A stretch of 63,142 bases of DNA, the filler included, from Chiloscyllium plagiosum (lineage: Eukaryota): the NCBI RefSeq assembly GCF_004010195.1. It is 5 parts of one record of this genome, joined end to end, with 100 filler letters (N's around TTAATTAATTAA, not from the genome) between each part and the next. Parts side by side here need not be neighbours in the genome. Positions count along the whole stretch, not along the records: positions 4,244 to 25,592 come from NC_057717.1; 4 more parts are not named here. One strand, 5' to 3'. The position numbers and the translations under genes are program-made. Positions 12,850-25,692 of this stretch are shown piece after piece. Each line of letters begins with the position of its first letter. Position 1 is the first letter of the stretch. The notes beneath the pieces are model-generated. The model saw only the letters and a list, made by a program, of their open reading frames with translations. It made no database searches and was not told the DNA's origin.

Positions 12850-13570
12850 TCTGAGTATTGAGTGATCTGGAAATGCTTGATCGGAAAGACATTACTGTGA
12901 TAGTGTTTTCATTGTAACTCAGCAGTATTATTCTTGGCTGAGGAATGTTTAATGGTTCAGTGCAATGCATAGTTAGTCTATAATTAACTTTTACTGCACA
13001 TCTCATGGAATGTTTAATATTGTCGAGGGTGATTTATTCTGTGTCGACTCTATGTTGTACCTGCTCTGGGAGGTTTTTTTTTAGGGAATCCTGGATGCAG
13101 CTCTACACTGTGTCTAAACCAAAATGTATTTGACATGTTTGCATTGGACAGCACAATATAGAGGGAGACTTACCCAGCACATTACATGAGCTGTCTAATC
13201 ACAGAAAACATTTGATGGAGCCTTGTAAAGGGGCTTAAACTCCTAGCCACTGTCATTCTGATTTTGAAATGCTTAATACCAAAATAAAAAGGAAACAATA
13301 CTATCCATCGAAACTTTCTTATACAAGTAGATGATCATCTACAGGCACAGACATACATACACACATAAACAAATCATCTATGAGCAATCCTTGCAGTGTT
13401 TAATGGATGAGCGCTGAGAGAGCTTTAATATGCAATGTGTGTATTCCAGTGTATACCGACAATGTGTTTGATATGATAGTTTAAATGTAGTTTTCATCTG
13501 TCTTTAATCTTTTCTGTGACAGCTGTGGTTGTGTTTGACAAATATTCAACAGAACTGGAGGACTATAAAT
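12850..13570. repeat. Heavily decayed ~60-70-bp minisatellite-like array
   Basis: Recurring words ggaatgtttaat/gtgtttgat, gagggaga/agagcttt and ctgtgtc/gtacc at roughly 60-70-bp spacing. Confidence 0.45.
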
Positions 13571-13744
13571 GTAGTCACTGCATTCGAGGCAGAATGCAAT
13601 GCCATCAAACAGGGAGAAAGGCGATCCCTGTCTTTTTTCATGATGAGGAGCGATTGAAGCAGCTGGGCTTCAAACATGAAATGGAGGTTAATTTAAATGA
13701 GGCCGAGATAATTCTGGAAAGACTAACTTAGAGCAAAGGTCAAT

Positions 13745-15470
13745 GATAGGGAACCAGAAGCAGCCTGTTCAGCCAATGAGGTTTGGTCTTCCAAACAATG
13801 ACATCATAGCTGAGCTGATCATCTTCACCTCCGCTTCCCAGCGTTTTAACTGTCAGCATTGATTCAATTACCAAATCAAAATCTGTCCATTGCAGCCTTC
13901 AAAATACTGAATGACTCAACCTCGACAGTGTTCTGTGGTAAAGAATTCCACAAATTTTCTACATTCTGGGAGACAAAATTCTCTTCTGCCAGAAATTTGC
14001 GACCTCCAATTCAGAGATTCTACTCCCTGGTCCGAAACTCTCCCACAAGGGGAAACAACAATTCTGCATTTACACCATCAAGTTTCCTGAAAATAATAAA
14101 TGTTTCAGAATTTTAGTACTGAATCGTCTATGTTCCAATGAGTATAGGCCCAAACGACTCAATCTCTACTTTCAAGACAGTCCTTCCATCCTAAGGATCA
14201 GTCGACTAAACCTCACGTGGATTGTCTCACATTCCAGTGTACCTTTTCTTTGTGATGAGTCCCAAGAACAGGTCATAGTATTCCAGCTGTGGTAAGAATA
14301 GAGCTTCTTTTCAGTTTTAACAAACATTATAGTCATACAGATCTCCAGCACAGAAACAGATCCTTTGGTCCAACTGCACTGACCAGACATCCCAACCTGA
14401 CTGAGTACCATTTTCCAAACATTTGGCCTATCTTCCTCTAGTGATGTGTCTCAGGGATCAGTGTTGAGACTGCAATTTGGAACATTCATTTTTTAAATAA
14501 ATTCTATCCTTTCTCATTATTATTATTAAACAAATAGAATTATGATCACTTTCCCTGAAGCGTGCCCATATGGACACCTCAGTAACTTGCCATGCCTTGG
14601 CTCCCATCAGAAGGTCACATATTGCGCACTCTCTAGTAGGTGCATCCACTGATGGAATAACAACGTTTTCTTGTACACACTTAACCGATTTCTCCACATT
14701 CCAACATCTTAACACTATCCCAAACTCTGTTTGGAAAGTTAAAATTCCCTACCATCGTCCTTTTTTCTTACAGATAGCTGAGACCTCCTTTCATATTCGC
14801 TTGTGAATTTCCCACTGATTATTAGGAGGCCCATTTTACAATCCCAGCAAGGTGATCACCTCTTTCTTATATTTAAGTTTCATCCAGATAACTTCAATGG
14901 GCAATCTCCAAGGAATATCCTCTCAACATCCAGCCATAATGTTCTGATTAACCAAAAACACCACTCCTCCTCCGCTCTTGCTCCCTTACCCATACATTCT
15001 ATCATATCTATATCACGGAACATTAAGCTGCCAGTCCTGTTCATCACTGAGCCACATTTCTGTAATGGTAATGATATCCTTGTTCCACGTTCCCATCTAT
15101 GCCCCATGTTCATCTGTCTCACATGTCAGGCCTCTTGCATCGAAGTAAATGCAGTTTCGCAGTCTTACCTCGCTCTTGCCAAACTGTTGTCTGCCTTGAC
15201 TCTTAGAATTGCTCACCTCATCTCACCTCAAAAATTTCTCTTTTATCACTATCTTGTTGATTCCCACCACCTCCCTTACTATTTAAAAACCTTCAGCATA
15301 CTGCTAGCAAATTTCCCATTCAGAATATTGGTCCCCTTCCAACTCAGGTCCCTCTTATACAGGTCATTTCTATCCCTGAAGAGATCCCAATGATTGAAAA
15401 ATGGGAATCCTAACTCCTGCAGCAGCTCCTCAGCCTCACATTCGCTGCTCTATCTGACTGTTCCTACTCT
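13745..15470 (-). mobile_element. Stacked CR1 fragments (3' end 13745-14290; endonuclease region 14480-15470)
   Basis: Minus-strand remnants (SDHNSI; gagtggtgtttttggttaatc, equivalent to GGGVALL). CR1 3'-end phrases such as gaattccacaaattttctac are present. Confidence 0.7.
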
Positions 15471-16529
15471 CAATTTTCCATTACTTTTTAAACAAACCCC
15501 AACATGACATTTGCCATCCTTACTGACAGTTGAAATTAAAAGCTAATGTTTTTGTGATTCAGATTTGCCGTCTCCCTGTAGATTTCAGAATTCAATCTCT
15601 CTGTCAATAAAACTCAGCCTCTCTATCTTGCCCGTTAAAATGCATAACTTCACGGTTTATGTCTGTTCTCATTTATTTCATCCACATTACATTAATATGC
15701 AAAGATCCTTGTTCACTCTCTTGTCCTATCTGTATCCCTCCGAAAACATCTTTTTGTGTCTTACTCACCACTTGCATCCTCTCCAATTTTTGTGTCATTC
15801 GCAAACTTGCCTACAATATATTCACTTTCCTCAGCAAAGGCATCAAAATATTTTGTAAATTTTTGTCCCCAGAACAGATTTATGTCGTACTCCACAGATT
15901 GACATCCTGTAAAATAAAACTCTTAATCAAACTTTTCGGATTGTGATTTCAAAAATCCTCTCTCCATGTTAATACAGTATTTCCAAAGCCGAGGGATCCT
16001 ATCTTATTCAGTAATCTTATGTATGGGTGCTAACAAACACCTTCAGAAAATCAAAACATAGTACAATCACGGTTTCCTCCATTTTCTCAAAGAATTCCAA
16101 TACATTTATCAGGCAATATTTCCATTTTGTAAAGCCATTCTCAGTGTTCTGCTGTAAAACCCTTTTATAAAGACTTCACCATTTTTTCAATAAATGACGT
16201 TAAACTAAGTAGCCTCAGTCAATCAATTTTGTGCCTTAACTGTTTTTGAATGAAGTTGTTGGTTGAAAGATCTGCAATCAGCCGTCACTTCCACCTGCTG
16301 GAGAAGCACTGCCATTGCATTTACTGTGAAAATCTTAACAAAATGCATCTGATGTTCATCTACTGAGATAGCAATTCCACAAATGTACTAGCTCATCACC
16401 TCCTGCTGGCTGTCCCAGATTTTACGAAGCAACTCATTGAAAGTCGACAAGGCTAATTAGCATCAAACCAAGATCAATAATTGAGCAAAAATATCTCAAT
16501 CCTGTTCATGTAGTTTTGTTCATTTCTTT

Positions 16530-19310
16530 TTAGGACATTAGCTTCGACAATGTGGAGTCTGTGTGGGTGGAGCTGTGAAATACCAATGGACAAAAGCATT
16601 AGTGGGTATCATACACAGACCCCCAGACTGCAGTGGTCATGTTGGAATAGTATTAAACATGAAATTAGCCAAGCATGTGATATGGAGACATCGGCAATCA
16701 TGGATGATTTTAATCTGCATCTAGATTGGACGAATCAAATTAACCACAATGTCTACGAGGGGGAATTCCTGGCGTACATATGGGATGGTTTTCTTAACCA
16801 ACATGTGGATGAACCAACTAGAGAGCAAGCCATCTGAGACTGGGTACTGTGTAATGAGATAGGAATAATTGCCAATCTAGCTGCGTGAGACTCCTTGGGG
16901 ATGAGTGACCATGATATGATACATTTTTTTTTATCAAGATGGAGAGTGAGCTAGCTGATGTGGAGACTAGGGTGCTGAATTTTAATAAAGGAAACTATGA
17001 GGATATGTCAGGCATGAGTTAGCGTTGATAGATTAATGGAAGTTGTTTAAAGGTGTGACAGTAGATAGGCATTGGCAAATATTCAAGAAAATCATGAAGG
17101 AACTGCAACAACTATTTATTCCTGTCTGGTACAAAAGCAAAATGGATAATAGGGCCAATCCATGGCTTATAAAGGAACTTAGATAGTATCCAATTGAAGG
17201 AAGAAGCTCAGAGATTGCCCAAGAGAAAAATAATAGGTCTGATGATTGAGAGCAGTTTATTATTCAGCAAAGAAGGACCAAGGGATTGATAAAGATGGGG
17301 AAAACACAGTACAAAAGAAAGTAAGCTTGCAAGAAACATGAAGGCTGACACTACAAGGTTCTAGAATATTTCATGAGAAAGAGATTGGTGAAGACAAATG
17401 TAGGTCCCGACAGATGGAAATGGGGAAATGTATAACAAAGGACAACGAAACAGCTGACGAACTGAATACATACTTTAGTTCTGTCTTCACAAAAAAGAAC
17501 AGTTGTACAGGAGGTTGGTGAGGATGCAGTTGGAGCATTGTGTTCAGTTTTGGTCACCTTTCTCGAGGAAGGATGTTATTAAACTGGAAAAAGTGCAGAA
17601 GAAATTTAACAGGATGTTGCTAGGACTCAATGATCTGAGTTATAAGGAGAGGCTGAACAAGCTAGAACTTCTTTTCTCGGCAGTCTAGGAGACTGAGAGG
17701 GGATCTTAGAGAAGTGTACAAAATCATGCGAGACATGCACCCATTCTTTTTTAGCCAGGGTCAAGGAATCGAGGCTTAAATGTCATTAGATTAAGGTTAG
17801 AGGGGAAAACTCTAAAAGGCAACCTGAGGGCAATTTCTTTTACACAGGGGCTGGTAGGTGTATGGAACGAGCTGCCGGCGGAAGTGGTTAACAACATTTA
17901 AAGGCATTTTGACAAATACATGAATAGGATGTGGACCAAATGCAGGGAAATGGGGTTAGCATGGATGGACATTTTGGTCAGTATGGTCCATTTGGGCTAA
18001 ACGACCTGTCTCTGTGCTGTAGGATTCTCTGAATCGAACATACAAATCACGTACCAGAAATCATGGAGAATGCAAAATTTAGTGAGTGGGAAGAACTGAG
18101 GGAGGTCAATATTAGTAGAGAAATGGTGCTGGGAAATTGACGGGATTAAACCCGATAAATCCTCAGGGCCTGATAAATCTACATCCCAGAGTACTTACGG
18201 AAGTGGTTCTAGAAATAGTGGATACGTTGGTTGTCAGGATTCCTTCGATTTTGGTACAGTCCCTGCAGATTGGAGGGCAGCTACTGCCACTCCAACACTC
18301 AGAAAGACAGGTACAGAGAAACCAGGAAATTATAGACCAGTAAGCTACAGCGACCCCAATTATTAACAATATATATTAATGATTTGGACGAAGGAATAAA
18401 ATGTAATATCTCAAGGTTTGCAGATGATACCAAATTGGATGGGATGGTGAACTGTGACGAGGATGCAGAAATCCTTTGGCATGATCTGGACAGATTGGGT
18501 GAGCTGGCCAATCAATGGCAGATGCAGTTTATTTTGTATAAATGTCAGGTTATTCACTTTGGAAACAAAAGCAAGGTGGTGGATTACAACCTGACTGGCT
18601 GTAAATTGGGAGAGGGGAGTGTGCTGCAGGGCCTACATGTCCTTGTGTACCAGTCGCTGAAGGTAAGCATGTAGGTGCAGCAGGCAGTAAAGAAGGCAAA
18701 TGCATATTGGCCTTCATTGTGAGATGTTTCGAGTACAGAGCAGGGATGTGTTGTTACAGTTATACAGGGCTTTGGTGAGGCTACAAACACTGTGTGCAGA
18801 TTTGGTCTCCTTATCTGAGGAAGGATGCTCTTGCTCTGGAAGGAGTACAGTGCAGGTTTACCTGACTGATTCCGAGGATAGTGGAAGTAACGTATGAGGA
18901 CAGGTTATCTGAGTTAGGATTGTTTTCCCTGGAGTTTAAACGAATAATAGGGGATCTCATTCTAACAGGACGAGAAAGGGTAGATATAGGGAGGATGCTC
19001 CTGATGGTGGGGGTTTCCAGAATCAGAGGACACAGACTGAGGATTCGTGATGGATCATGTAGGATGGAGATGAGGAGACATTTCTTCACCGAATTAGTGA
19101 TGAGCCTGTGGAAGTCATTACCACAGGGATTAGTTGATGCCAAAGCATTGAATGTATTGAAGATGTGGCTAGACGTAGCATTTAGGACAAATGGGTTCAA
19201 AGGTAATGGGGAGTAAACAGGACGAGGCTATTGAGCTGGATGATAAGCCATGATCATGATGAAGGGCAGAGCAGGCTCAAGGGCTGAGTGGCCTCCTCCA
19301 GCGCCTATCT
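16530..19310 (+). mobile_element. Decayed CR1 LINE (EN-RT-3' end) interrupted by a nested CR1 3' fragment at ~17504-18030
   Basis: ORFs read MDDFNLHLDW...DEPTREQAI, ISRFADDTKLDG and GHRLRIR...RRHFFTELV. The nested fragment LVRMQLEHCVQFWSP begins after YFSSVFT (tcttcacaaaaaaga). Confidence 0.85.
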
Positions 19311-19534
19311 TCAATTTTTTAAGAGGATATTGCACTGCGAAAACTGTGGACATTATTAGTGCTTTCCCATTTACCACACAAAAAAAAAATACTCATCACC
19401 CCACCCGAATAATAATGTGGAGACGTAACCTCTCAAATTTCAATGACAGAGCTCCTCCCAAGAGTTAAGATGTGCTGGTTGAAGTGCAGCTTTGTTCATT
19501 CTTAACAAAAGATGTCATTTTGTTCTGTGATTGC

Positions 19535-19670
19535 TTGTGTGTGTCTGTATTTCTGTATGTGTGTGCGCATGTGTATTTGTGCGTGTGTCTGTGTGTGTAT
19601 GTGTCTGTGTCTGTGCATATCCATGGCTATGCGTCTGTCTCTGTGTAGGTGTAGGTGTGTGTGAGTGTCT
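19535..19670. repeat. Degenerate (TG)n microsatellite
   Basis: Interrupted gtgtgt tracts. Confidence 0.85.
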
Positions 19671-19923
19671 GAAGCTGACAACCTTTTGATTCTCAAAACA
19701 TCTTGGGATTGCTGCAGCTAACCCAAAACTAGAACAACCTGAACTGGAGAACTGGCCACTACTTTTCCATTGTTAAACTGTTTTTAAGAAAAACCTACAG
19801 GCACCCTAGACTCTTTGGCACCTCTGCCTTTACAATCTCTCTTCAAAAAACACAGGCCAAAGTCACCGTTTTAAAGTGACAGCATCCTCACACCACCACA
19901 CCCCCCACTCCCCCTCCCCCCCT

Positions 19924-19948
19924 ACACACACACACACACACACACACA
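19924..19948. repeat. (CA)n microsatellite at a contig end
   Basis: Perfect CA run abutting the 572-N gap. Confidence 0.95.
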
Positions 19949-20520
19949 NNNNNNNNNNNNNNNNNNNNNNNNNNNNNNNNNNNNNNNNNNNNNNNNNNNN
20001 NNNNNNNNNNNNNNNNNNNNNNNNNNNNNNNNNNNNNNNNNNNNNNNNNNNNNNNNNNNNNNNNNNNNNNNNNNNNNNNNNNNNNNNNNNNNNNNNNNNN
20101 NNNNNNNNNNNNNNNNNNNNNNNNNNNNNNNNNNNNNNNNNNNNNNNNNNNNNNNNNNNNNNNNNNNNNNNNNNNNNNNNNNNNNNNNNNNNNNNNNNNN
20201 NNNNNNNNNNNNNNNNNNNNNNNNNNNNNNNNNNNNNNNNNNNNNNNNNNNNNNNNNNNNNNNNNNNNNNNNNNNNNNNNNNNNNNNNNNNNNNNNNNNN
20301 NNNNNNNNNNNNNNNNNNNNNNNNNNNNNNNNNNNNNNNNNNNNNNNNNNNNNNNNNNNNNNNNNNNNNNNNNNNNNNNNNNNNNNNNNNNNNNNNNNNN
20401 NNNNNNNNNNNNNNNNNNNNNNNNNNNNNNNNNNNNNNNNNNNNNNNNNNNNNNNNNNNNNNNNNNNNNNNNNNNNNNNNNNNNNNNNNNNNNNNNNNNN
20501 NNNNNNNNNNNNNNNNNNNN

Positions 20521-23430
20521 ACAGGGAGGTGGGCAGAGGGGGTGGGGTTGCCTTGTTAGTTAAGAACAAAATTAAATCTATGGCACTGAATGACATAGCG
20601 TCGGATGATGTGGAGTCTGTGTGGGTGGAATTGAGGAACCACAAAGGCAAAAAAACCATAGTGGGAGTTATGTACAGACCTCCTAACAGTGGTCAGGACC
20701 AGGGGTGCAACATGTACCGGGAAATAGTGAAGGCATGTCGGAAAGGCAAGGTCATGGTGATCATCGGGGACTTCAATATGCAGGTGGACTGGGTAAGTAA
20801 TGTTGCCAGTGGATCCAAAGAAAGGGAATTCATGGAATGCTTACAGGATGGCTTTTTGGAACAGCTTGTCATGGAGCCCACAAGGGAGCAGGCTATTTTG
20901 GACCTAGTGCTATGTAATGAACCAGACTTTATAAAAAATTTTAAAGTAAGGGAACACTTAGGAAGCAGTGATCATAATATGGTAGAGTTCAGTGTGCAGT
21001 TTGAAAGAGAGAAGGCAAAATCGGATGTAATGGTGTTACAGTTAAATAAAGGTAATTATGAGGGCATGAGGGAGGAACTGACGAAAATAGACTGGAAGCA
21101 GAGCCTAGCAGGGAGGACAGTAGAGCAAAAATGGCAGGAGTTTGTGGGTAAAATTGAGGACACTGTACAGAGGTTCATCCCCAAGAAGAGAAAGATTATC
21201 CATGGAGGGATGAGACAGCCATGGCTGACAAAGCAAGTCCGGAAATCTATCAAAGAAAAAGAGAGATCCTATAATGTGGCCAAGAGAACTGGGAAATCAG
21301 AAGATTGGGAAGGCTACAAAAACAAACAGAGGATAATAAAGAGAGAAATAAGGAAGGAGAGGATCAAATATGAAGGTAGGCAAGCCAGTAATATTAGAAA
21401 TGATCGTAAACGTTTCTTTCAAAACATAAGAAACAAACGACATGCAAAAGTAGACATTGGGCCACTTGAAACTGAAGCTGGAAGCCTAGTGATGGGAGAT
21501 AAGGAAATAGCAGGAGAACTTAATAAGTACTTTGCATCAGTCTTCACAGTGGAAGACATGAGTAATATCCCAACAATTAAAGGGAGTCAGGGGGCTGAGT
21601 TGAGTATGGTTGCCATTACAAAAGAGGAAGTGCTAGAAAAGGTAAAAGGTCATAAAATTGATAAATCTCCTGGCCCCGATGGGATACCTCCTAGAGTTCT
21701 GAAGGAGGTGGCTGAGGAAATAGCGGAGGAGTTGGTTAAGATCTTTCAAAAGTCACTGGAGTCAGTTAAAGTCCCGGATGATTGGAACATCGCTGTTGTA
21801 ACCCCCTTGTTCAAGAAAGGATCAAGACATAAGATGGAAAATTATAGGCCACGTAGACTAAACTCGGTTGTTGGTAAAATTCTAGAATCCATCATTAAGG
21901 ATGAGGTTTCTAAATTCTTGGAAGAGCAGGGTCGGATTAGAACAAGTCAACATGGATTTAGTAAGGGGAGGTCGTGCCTGACAAACATTTTGGAGTTCTT
22001 TGAAGAGGTGACAAGTAGGTTAGAGCGGAGAAATCCAGTGGATGTGGTCTACCTAGACTTCCAAAAGGCCTTTGATAAAGTGCCACAGGGGAGGCTGCTG
22101 AGCAAGGTGAGGGCCCATAGTGTTCGAGTGAGCCACTGGTATGGATTGTGGATTGGCTGTCTGACAGACGGCAGAGAGTTGGGATAAAAGGTTCTTTTTC
22201 GAAATGGCAGCCGGTGACAAGCGGTGTCCCGCAGTGTTCAGTTTTGGGGCCGCAGCTGTTCACATTATATACTAATGATCTGGATGAACGGACTGGGGGC
22301 ATTCCAGCGAAGTTTCCTGATGATGCAAAGTTAGGTGGACAGGCAGGTAGTATTGAGGAAGTGGGGAGGCTGCAGAAGGATCTAGACAGTTTGGAAGAGT
22401 GGTCCAGAAAATGGCTGATGGAATTCAAAGTGAGCAAATGCGAGGTCTTGCACTTTGGAAAAAAGAATACAAGCATGGACTACTTTTTAAACGGTGAGAA
22501 AATTCATGAAGCCAAAGTACAGAGGGATCTGGGAGTGCGAGTTGAGGATTATCTAAAGGTAAACATGTAGGTTGAGTCTGTGATTTAGAAAGCGAATGCA
22601 ATGTTGTCAATTATCACAAGAGGGTTGGAATATAAAAACACCGTTGTGCTACTGAGACTTTATAAAGCTCTGGTTAGGCCCCATTTGTAGTATTGTGTCC
22701 AGTTTTGGTCCCCTCACCTCAGGAAGGACATTCTGGCACTGGAGCGTGTCCAGCGGAGTTTCACACGGATGATCCCTGGAATGGTAGGTCTAACATATGA
22801 GGAACAGCTGAGGATCCTGGGATTGTATTCATTGAAGTTTAGAAGATTAAGGGAGATCTAATAGAAACTTACTAGATAATAAATGGCTTGGAGAGGCTGG
22901 ATAGGAAATTGTTTTCGTTAGTCGAGGAGAGTAGGACCCGTGGACACAGTCTTAGAATTAGAGGGGTTAAATTCAGAACAGAAATGTGGAGACATTTCTT
23001 CAGCGAGAGAGTGGTGGTCCAATGAATTCATTGCCGCAGAGTGGGGAGATCTAATAGAAACTTACTAGATAATAACTGGCTTGGAGAGGGTGGATAGGAA
23101 ATTGTTTTCGTTAGGCGAGGAGAGTAGGACCCGTGGACATAGCCTTAGAATTAGAGGGGGTAAATTCAGAACAGAAATGTGGAGACATTTCTTCAGCGAG
23201 AGAGTGGTGGGCCAATGAATTCATTGCCGCAGAGTGCAGTGGAGGCTGGGACGCAAAATGTCTTCAAGGCAGAAATTGATAAATTATTGATGTCACAAGG
23301 AATTAAGGGCTACGAGGACAATGCGGGTAAGTGGAGTTGAAATGCCCATCAGCCATGATTGAATGGCGTAGTGGACTCGTTGGGCCGAATGGCCTTGCTT
23401 CCGCTCCTATGTCCTATGGTCCTATGTCTT
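20521..23430 (+). mobile_element. Young, near full-length CR1 LINE ORF2 (APE endonuclease + RT), inactivated
   Basis: 552-aa ORF 20529-22187 has EN motifs (GGGVALLVK, VGVMYRPP, IIGDFN, LDLVL, SSDHN) and RT motifs (KSPGPDG, QHGF.KGRSC, YLDFQKAFDKV). It frameshifts near 22130, the catalytic FADD reads FPDD, and stops follow. The 3' tail is a CCTATG-type microsatellite. Confidence 0.95.
22851..23236 (+). repeat. 193-bp tandem duplication inside the CR1 3' region
   Basis: gggagatctaatagaaacttactagataat...tcattgccgcagagt starts at both 22851 and 23044 with few differences. Confidence 0.9.
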
Positions 23431-24699
23431 ATTTCTCTCTCTCCCACAGTCTTTCACTTCATCTCGAGCGCTGAATTGGACCTTTTGCGTGAGAGGACTG
23501 GAAATCTGTGGATTGCCCGAGCGCCACACGTTGGTAAAATTCAGACTTAATGTTTCAAGCTCTCATCTGACCACTTTTCCGATTACAAATATTTCAAACA
23601 TAAAAATGTTCTTGTCTCGGACGTTACTTCATGATTAGGACAATATATGAATGTAGGAATGTCCCCGGTCTGGGTTAAGTGAGACTTCAGCCCCATGACA
23701 ATGTGCTTTACTTTATATTGGCTTGTGGAATGGCCTCAGAGTCAGGGCAATTAGTGATGGTCACCAAATGCTGCCCTTGGCCGAGATGCCAACGTCCCAC
23801 GAAATAACAAAATTGAAGGTGAAGTCAAATAAGGGAAGATGCTGAAAATCTGACATTATACAAGGCAATGCAACGAAACGAACAGAAAGTGCGGGGGAAC
23901 ATTCCTGAACTGAAAGCAGCTGGAAAAGAGTGTGATTAATACCGTTGACAGGGAAGTCTACTTTGAAGTGGAGGAGGAATCAATAGAGAAAGATAGATAA
24001 AGAAGAAAAAGAGCAAACAAAGAGAATGATGATCAGCTGGGCTGGAAATAAAATGCGAGATTCACCTCATTTATTTTTCGCCATTCCCATCTTCCTGAAT
24101 ATCATGCCCATGTACATACAGGTATTCCCCGCTTTTCAAAAGTTCGTTTTTCACCACTTCCCTTTCCGAACGACCTACATTAGGGCCTTGTTTCGCTAAC
24201 CAAAAGAAATCCGAAGAGGATTTTCACTTTTACGAAGAAAGGCGAAGCTTTTCCCATATACATTCGTGCTACTGCACTTTACACTATATCAGCTAGCGAA
24301 CGGTTTCTTTCAGATAGCGTGAGAAACCTGTATTTGTCTAAGATCATCTTTTAAGCGATTTGATTCCCCCTGTCAGTATTCCCTGAGTGTGGTCATCTTC
24401 TTACATTTGTTAATGGGATATGTGAATCTCTCACTGGGCCAGCATTAGTTCACTTTCACAGTTGCCCTTGAGAAGACTTTGAGCCACTGCAGTCCACGTG
24501 TTTGATCTGATTTGATTTGATTTATTTTAGTCAAATGTACAATGGAAAGATAGTGCAGGCACATGATAGTAAAAAAGAAAACAGAGATCGTGGGGTACTT
24601 ACACACAGTGAGGCATATATGGTTACAGCTTCACAAGAGTTGAACAAAGCAAAATCGACATTAGCAAAATTAATATTATTTGAAAAGTTAGAGATGTCA

Positions 24700-24985
24700 A
24701 TTCGTCAGTCTAATTACAGTAGGGAAGGAAGTGTTCTTGAGCATGCTGGTCCAAGTTATCAAGCCTCTGTGTCTCCTCCCTGTTGGAAGAGGTTGTAGGA
24801 GATCATTACTGGTTTGGGAGAGATCTTTGATGTTGCCAGCCTTTCTGCGACAATGACAAATATAAATGATGGAGGGTGGTCTTCCGTGATGGGCTGGGAT
24901 GTGCACACAACCGTCTGTAGTTTCTTATGGTCCTGGGCAGAGCAGTTACCATGTCAGCCCATTATGCACGTGAATAGAATGCCAG
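24700..24985 (-). mobile_element. Rex1/Babar LINE 3' fragment (paralog + strand ~57925-58215)
   Basis: Translates CRRKAGNIKD...LLQPLPTGRRHRGL...TSFPTVIRL. Confidence 0.75.
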
Positions 24986-25692
24986 TGTACGGAACATTGG
25001 GAGACGAGTTGTTCTAAAATAGTTAGATGTAACATTTGGCTATTAAATGGATACCCATGTTCTGGGTGCTGTTTTGAGAACAATTGAAATTTAACCGATA
25101 ATTTTAAATTATGTCTTCGATATCAAAACCCAGTTGAGTTAATTGCATTGCCAGCATCGAACCAATGAGCCATCCACCGGCTTCAAACGAATAGAGAAGC
25201 CATCACCATCACAACGAGGGAGAAAGAGACAGATACGAAGGGAAGGAGAGAGAGAACATAGCGAGGGAAACAGATGGACAGACATGTCAAAGAGAGAACG
25301 TTAACAAAACAAGGAAACAAACCGTCACATGGACAGGGAGCAGGGAAGATAATAAGTTCAGGGAAAGAACAGAAAACAGGGAAAAGGAAAACAGAGGGAA
25401 GCAGACAGTGTGAGAGACACAGTGAGAGACAAAAGACACGGGGAGCTGGGGGATGCGGTCACAGGGAGTGGGGCGGTAATGGGAGAAGGTGGGGGTGAGG
25501 ACCGAAGAGAGCTGGGAGCGAGCACTGGAGGGAGCTGGGGGGTGGAGGTGAGGATTTATTTTGACCTGTACCAAGATGTCCAGGCAGATCATNNNNNNNN
25601 NNNNNNNNNNNNNNNNNNNNNNNNNNNNNNNNNNNNTTAATTAATTAANNNNNNNNNNNNNNNNNNNNNNNNNNNNNNNNNNNNNNNNNNNN

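Noticed and set aside
19876..20659. Long X-containing ORFs (also 42483-43202)
   Set aside because: Artefacts of translating through N gaps.
20529..22187. 552-aa ORF as a host gene
   Set aside because: It is CR1 ORF2 (EN+RT), followed by a frameshift and a mutated catalytic motif.
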